From positions 60,584 through 124,583 of the forward strand of contig CAYQCW010000004.1 in the NCBI GenBank assembly GCA_964416155.1: a stretch of DNA of 64,000 bases, in the 5' to 3' direction. A program made the translations under genes and the position numbers. A model generated the notes under the pieces. That model had not been told where the DNA came from and searched no databases. It saw nothing but the letters and a program-made list of their open reading frames with translations. How positions within the stretch are numbered: position 1 is the stretch's first letter; each line of letters starts with the position of its first letter. The DNA comes from an uncultured Nitrososphaerota archaeon. GTDB lineage: Archaea > Thermoproteota > EX4484-205 > JAAOZP01. Of the stretch, positions 59,901 through 64,000 are shown one piece after another.

Positions 59901-60234
59901 CTTCTTGGTTTCTAACGGTTTGAAAGACGTAGTACTGGTTAGGAGGCTTAGCGAGAAGTCTGATGACGGAGTAGACGCGATAAGTTTCCTCGCAAGCGGG
60001 AGAATAGGCATGGTAATAAACACTCCAGATCAAAAGGATAAGAGTACTCTTGAAGACATGTATGCGATCCGGAGGACAGCTGTAGAATTCGCTGTACCCG
60101 TAATCACAAGCCTCGAGGTTGCGGAGAAGATAGTTGAAGCAATACATTTCAAAAACGACAATAATGGCTGCGGGCAGGAGCCGTATTCTTTAGAAGAGTA
60201 CCACAGGGGCCTGCCCCTGTCAATATACGTTTAG
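56956..60234 (+). CDS. carB: Carbamoyl-phosphate synthase large subunit
   Basis: QAAEFDYSGSQA, VNPRLSRSSALASKATGYP, EFDYC, MRSTGEV, MGS domain. Confidence 0.98.
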   Translation: MPRMGNIRKALVIGSGGIVIAQAAEFDYSGSQALKALKEEGIETVIVNPNIATIQTSRRMADKVYLEPLTVKSVSRIIEKERVDGILLGFGGQTALNLGIGLHEAGVLDKYGVKVLGCSIETIRMAEDRDLFRRAMWEIGLKVPPSSVARTPEEAIEASERLGLPLLVRTSFTLGGQSSGIARNRSELYDAVSKALKWSINREVLIERSYYGWKELEYEYMRDYYGNSVSVATIEGFDPLGVHTGEKIVVVPIQTLTNKEYHMIREAGLRIVDKLGIVGECNIQFGLNPENGDLIVVEVNPRLSRSSALASKATGYPLAYLAAKLALGYRIEELTNKATGVTKASFEPALDYVVVKIPRWDFKKFPGNVDRTVGTMMKSVGEVMAIGRTFEEALQKAVRMLQIGRVGVVGNEGEEDGVPSDLTGFLKPSDERLFNVVRALKAGVRVEEISSVTGIDKWFLYRILDIIRVDSELKSLRSGKDGEEIVEKIKEAKRLGFSDIQIARRLRWSEDEVRGFRIKHGVKPVFKLIDTMAAEWESVTNYLYATYGDEANDVSETTGRRKVIILGAGTNRIGSSVEFDYCTMHTVWSMKEEGFDEVIVVNNNPETVSTDYDMSDKLYFEELSFERVMDIVDAEKPEGVVVTMGGQDPINISQKLYKHGVRILGTSPLSIDFAEDRAKFSLLLDNLGIKQPVWTRVTSMEEAVLKAREIGYPVLIRPSYVLSGAAMNVASNEEELVEYIRNATRISPERSVVISKFFEQAYEAEVDAVSDGEDVFIGGVMEHLEYAGTHSGDATIILPPQRLGEDIVEKIKDYTVRIAKELRIVGAFNIQYLVKDSEVYVIEANVRASRTMPFVSKTRGIPLIWLAGKLIAGRKISEFKDSLKYNERTIGVKVPVFSFIRLKGADPVLGVEMRSTGEVACIGYDFINTFTRAWESSGLSLPSKNDIIFITVRDEDKPRALKLALNLKEMGFTVAATRRTRDFLVSNGLKDVVLVRRLSEKSDDGVDAISFLASGRIGMVINTPDQKDKSTLEDMYAIRRTAVEFAVPVITSLEVAEKIVEAIHFKNDNNGCGQEPYSLEEYHRGLPLSIYV

Positions 60235-61911
60235 CTAGGGTTGAACATACGTAAGGATCTTTCTTAGAAACCTTGTTTTCTCAAGAGAATCCCGAATGTT
60301 AAGAATTATGCTCAGCATCGGGGAGACGATTCCGGGTGAAACAGACGTTGTTTTCCCACTCGCCATTCTGCCGCCAACAATACTGTTGAACAGGAGGTCG
60401 AACTTGACCTCAATCTCCTCCTCCGTAGAGGACACCACCGTGGCGGAGAAATCAGCCATCATCTCCTGGATCTTAAGGATTCTTTCAAGAATCGGGGTTA
60501 ATGCTTTTCTTGTCTTACCGACAACATACTTCCATTCCGCCAGATTATTGGATAAAACTGTTGTCTGAAGAAGGGTTGGTTTCTTCCTTCTAAGCTCCTG
60601 CAGCAGTTTCTCAGCTTCAACAGTTTCGCTGATCGAGCTTAGAATAACGTCCTCTTCCCTCAGGATGCTGCTTAATGCTTGTTTAAGCATGATCAGCCGC
60701 ATCGCCCTATCTGGAAGCCGGGCAGCATAGAGCCAGGGTACGACGCTCTCCATCTGGTCTACAACCTTACCCGCAGAATCTCGAACCAGCTTCAGCATCC
60801 TGCAGGATTCAGATGCTTCCCTAAGGGTCTCCTGATCTACAGTCTCTGCGGACGGTATGCTAACCTTCTCCCCACCCAAGTAGGCTTTCAGCAGCACAGC
60901 ATTCCCGAGCAAGCCATGCGTGAAAGGAGTTTTAAGGCTCTCAACATGGGAGAAGAACAGAACGATCTTTCCGGATCCGTGTTCGGTAAACCCTATGCTG
61001 CTAGCGTCTCTTATCGTTTTAAGCGCCTCCTCGCATGGCACACCATACTCTACGCTAGTAAGAGGCTGCACTATTTTTGCGAAAACCTGTTTAGCGCTAG
61101 TGATTTTAGCAAGCGGACCAGTGTGAAACATCGTGAGCTCACCCCCATACCCTAGTGTCAACAATCCTCTTCTCGTAATCCTCGCCTTGACGAGGCCTGT
61201 TACAGGGTAAGTCCTTAAAACCCCGCTTAGCCGTCTTCCTGAGAAAACAGGCCAAGAAGGCTCTGAAACCGTGTCGCTTAAAAGTTTGCACTCAACAATC
61301 TGCAGCTCGCTCCACGCCTCTATCTCCCCGTACGCGGATATTGGCAGGTTGACTGGTTTAAGTGGAAGCAGCGCGCCGGCGCATATTCCAACATATGCGC
61401 CTCCAGACTCTACGAATTGCCTGATCATCTTGGCTTCCTCTTTCCCGAGCGACCTGAGAATTTCAAAACTGTCTCCACCGCCAACTATCAAGACATCTAG
61501 GGCACGCAGGTCCTCGAGCGTCAACGGCCCTGGGAGGAGAGATATCCTTCTGAAACCCATTTTAAGCAAAGTCTCAACGGTTTCCTTCAAGCATGATACT
61601 GAAACCCCGCTTCCACTGTATAGTCCGATGAGCGGGCTGCGCAACCAGGCAACACTCTGCTGATCAATGGTTTTCAAAGGCTTCAACTCTACACCGTACT
61701 CTTCACCGAGATTCTTCACCAAGCATTCCGAATAAACGTCTTCTACACCGATCGTGAAGTCCCCGGGCTTAAGGCCCATGTCCCTAGCACCCCTAAGTTT
61801 CACGGTTCTTCCAACTTTAAACCCTGATTCGAGAAGATTATTTACAAGCCTATAAGCATTAGAATAGGCTTCTCCACCGCCTTTCTTAAACTGTATCCTC
61901 CACCACTTCAA
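60235..61911 (-). CDS. Protein with BPL_N / class I GATase-like domain and helical C-terminus
   Basis: LYSGSG, VGGGD, FVESGGAYVGICAGA, SHVE. Confidence 0.7.
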   Translation of the reverse strand: MKWWRIQFKKGGGEAYSNAYRLVNNLLESGFKVGRTVKLRGARDMGLKPGDFTIGVEDVYSECLVKNLGEEYGVELKPLKTIDQQSVAWLRSPLIGLYSGSGVSVSCLKETVETLLKMGFRRISLLPGPLTLEDLRALDVLIVGGGDSFEILRSLGKEEAKMIRQFVESGGAYVGICAGALLPLKPVNLPISAYGEIEAWSELQIVECKLLSDTVSEPSWPVFSGRRLSGVLRTYPVTGLVKARITRRGLLTLGYGGELTMFHTGPLAKITSAKQVFAKIVQPLTSVEYGVPCEEALKTIRDASSIGFTEHGSGKIVLFFSHVESLKTPFTHGLLGNAVLLKAYLGGEKVSIPSAETVDQETLREASESCRMLKLVRDSAGKVVDQMESVVPWLYAARLPDRAMRLIMLKQALSSILREEDVILSSISETVEAEKLLQELRRKKPTLLQTTVLSNNLAEWKYVVGKTRKALTPILERILKIQEMMADFSATVVSSTEEEIEVKFDLLFNSIVGGRMASGKTTSVSPGIVSPMLSIILNIRDSLEKTRFLRKILTYVQP

Positions 61912-61960
61912 CGTTCTCAGAGAAGCGTCAACCAGTATTTAATCTCATCTGAATAATTCC

Positions 61961-63505
61961 TCACAACCCTATTTTAATGGGTGGTTTCCCCGCTGGTTTA
62001 AACTTGCCTTTTAAAACCTTTAAAGCAGCCTTGACAGCGGTTACACTCGGGGTGAAAGCGGCAACGCAAATCTTAGCGCTGCTCAACTGAGACAGGTCCT
62101 CAGGGGCTCCGAGCGATATGACTATGCTCTCCCTGAAGAACTCGACAAGCTTTTTAAGCATGGATAGCTCCCGCCTGTTTTCCTGCGTGTTGTAAGCCAG
62201 TATTAGTAGAAGCGTATTGCTAGGGGTGCTTCTGTAGATCTCCCCTAGTTTCTTGCTGGAAACCTCTTCGAGACGCTCTAAAAGGTTAAACCCTCCAAGC
62301 TCTTCCCTCAGGACTTCTTGGAGGGCGCTCCTGCCCGATTCCTCAAGCTGTTCTTCAAACCCGCCTGTGACGACCACTAGGGGTTTACCCAGCCATCTTA
62401 AGGGGAGTTCATCAACACCCTTCACCAGACTTATGCTCCGAATAAATATTTTCCAAGCCTTAGTCTGGTTTATAATGCTGCCACGTGTTTTCTCAGGGGT
62501 TTTTTTAAACTTCTCAAACTTTTCAAGTTTAAAACTCAGCACTTCCAGAGCACTGCTTCTTATTCTCTCGTATAAATTTCTATCCTCCCTGGCTTTTTCA
62601 AGAATACTGTCCAAAACCTCCTGTGTTTTATCCGTTCTTCTCGAAGGCACCACTATATGGTTGCCCGCTTTCAAAGCCTTCACCGCAGCTTCCTCAAGGT
62701 CAAAGCTTTCCAAGACCCGCTTATCATCCAAATAATCAGTCACGAGAAGGTTTTTAAAACCCATTTTCCTCTTTACTATTTTCTCAACAACCTTGGGCGA
62801 TAACGAGGACGGTGTATCCATGTTCCCTGAAGCCGGAAGAAGACTGTGTCCAATCACAACCCCTTCGACGCCAGATTTAAAGGCCTGTTGAAAAGGCTTG
62901 AAGTCCCGTCTAAGAAGCCCGTTAAGGTCTTCCTCGCCTTCATGCTTCTCGTAAAACCTTCCGGGAAAATATTTAACGAAGGATAGGACACCACCGTTTC
63001 TAAGACCCTTTATATAGCTGACCACGTAGCCAGATACTTCATCAGGATCATCTCCGAAAAAGTTCTCCCCCATTCCGGGGGAGTAAATATTCGCCGTCGG
63101 TGCCAAGTTAGTGTTAATGCTAAGCGTCCTTAATTCTAGGGCGGTCACGTAACCGGTTATGTAGGCTGACTTAGCCTCCCCGGTTGCACCCACACCCATT
63201 TGACTAGGCAGCTCGGTTAAAGGCGGGTAAACACCATCAAGACCCTTCCCCTCTTGTTCAGCGGCAATTATTAGGGAGAAGCCTAAGGCTTTCTTGTACG
63301 AGGCAGCCAGCTCCTTCAAGGAGGAGCCTGGATTTTTAAGCCCGGACAGGGCTTTCCTGCCGATTATCAACCCGCTTAAAGCATTCTCCAAAACCATCTT
63401 CTCGAGCTCGCTGAAGTTTTTCACCTCGTTAACATATGCCATCACAGTTTGACCGGCAATCTTTTCGAAAGACGTTCTCTGAACGATCCGTTCCAGCGTG
63501 ACCAT
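61961..63505 (-). CDS. GH3 beta-N-acetylhexosaminidase-like protein, active site degenerate
   Basis: AEQEG, NLAP, FGDDP, VKYFPG, PSSLS, VTD, plus C-terminal GH3 domain. Confidence 0.8.
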   Translation of the reverse strand: MVTLERIVQRTSFEKIAGQTVMAYVNEVKNFSELEKMVLENALSGLIIGRKALSGLKNPGSSLKELAASYKKALGFSLIIAAEQEGKGLDGVYPPLTELPSQMGVGATGEAKSAYITGYVTALELRTLSINTNLAPTANIYSPGMGENFFGDDPDEVSGYVVSYIKGLRNGGVLSFVKYFPGRFYEKHEGEEDLNGLLRRDFKPFQQAFKSGVEGVVIGHSLLPASGNMDTPSSLSPKVVEKIVKRKMGFKNLLVTDYLDDKRVLESFDLEEAAVKALKAGNHIVVPSRRTDKTQEVLDSILEKAREDRNLYERIRSSALEVLSFKLEKFEKFKKTPEKTRGSIINQTKAWKIFIRSISLVKGVDELPLRWLGKPLVVVTGGFEEQLEESGRSALQEVLREELGGFNLLERLEEVSSKKLGEIYRSTPSNTLLLILAYNTQENRRELSMLKKLVEFFRESIVISLGAPEDLSQLSSAKICVAAFTPSVTAVKAALKVLKGKFKPAGKPPIKIGL

Positions 63506-63603
63506 TACTTATTCGTTCACCGTCCTTCCACCGTTTGACGTTTTAAACAGATGATTCATCACGTCTCCACGCTTTAAAAACCCTATAAGGATTTCCATAT
63601 CGT

Positions 63604-63957
63604 TTAAAAACGTTTTTCCAAGGCGTGTTCAACATTTTCCATGAACTCTCTCAACCGGATGCCTCCTTGTCTACTAATCTTTCCCTCGGGTGTGAAAACC
63701 CTTATGTCACCATATCCGAAGTCCACTACGACGTAGAGTGGAAACCCCTCTATTTCACGGGGCATCGGCCCCTCCACGTATAAAAAGCGTTTCCTAGTGG
63801 ACTTAACCTGCATAAGAATACACTTGCCTCTCCTGAGGCAAACCAGGTCTGCCGGCCCAAGGCTTCCGCCGGACCTAACGGTCATCCAGCCGTGTCTTTG
63901 GAGAAGCATTCTGACCTTACGCTCAGCAAGATAGCCTTTCCTCTTAGGGGGAGCCAT
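63604..63957 (-). CDS. hjc: Holliday junction resolvase Hjc-like
   Basis: KGYLAER, VRSGGS..PADL, QVKS (PD-(D/E)xK variant). Confidence 0.8.
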   Translation of the reverse strand: MAPPKRKGYLAERKVRMLLQRHGWMTVRSGGSLGPADLVCLRRGKCILMQVKSTRKRFLYVEGPMPREIEGFPLYVVVDFGYGDIRVFTPEGKISRQGGIRLREFMENVEHALEKRF

Positions 63958-64000
63958 GGGGCACGACCTAAACCCTCTTAATCAATTTAATGATTTCCAT

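Overview
64-kb chromosomal segment of an archaeon, probably TACK/Thermoproteota and Brockarchaeota- or Bathyarchaeia-like (inferred from gene content only). Core genes include aspS (partial), NusA-like, rpl40e, rps17e, rps10, a thermosome subunit, ABCE1, tpiA, argS, dcd, porGDAB, mdh, mtnP, ppcA, rtcB, carB and hjc. There are four tRNAs, two with BHB introns, one of them at the non-canonical 59/60 position. The most notable locus (3.6-11.7 kb) is a divergently arranged Tad/type IV pilus-like cluster. It has five small leaderless pilin-like genes on one side. On the other are the ATPase, TadB/C-like proteins, an Flp-like pilin and a membrane-anchored HerA/VirB4-like ATPase. A divergent TFB paralog abuts it, so this is a candidate regulated DNA uptake/exchange system. 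Signals missed by the ORF track include a 35-aa hyperacidic Trp-spaced micropeptide upstream of ABCE1 with Sem1/DSS1-like motifs, a sharp strand-composition switch inside porB at a dif-like AT-rich sequence, several operator-like palindromes, a TnpB/IS605 right-end remnant and many pseudogene fragments (GNAT, methyltransferase, YkgJ-like, radA, GATase, PEPCK, DUF3795). A PqqD/RRE-domain gene pair is also present. All family assignments come from motif recognition by eye; no database search was run.
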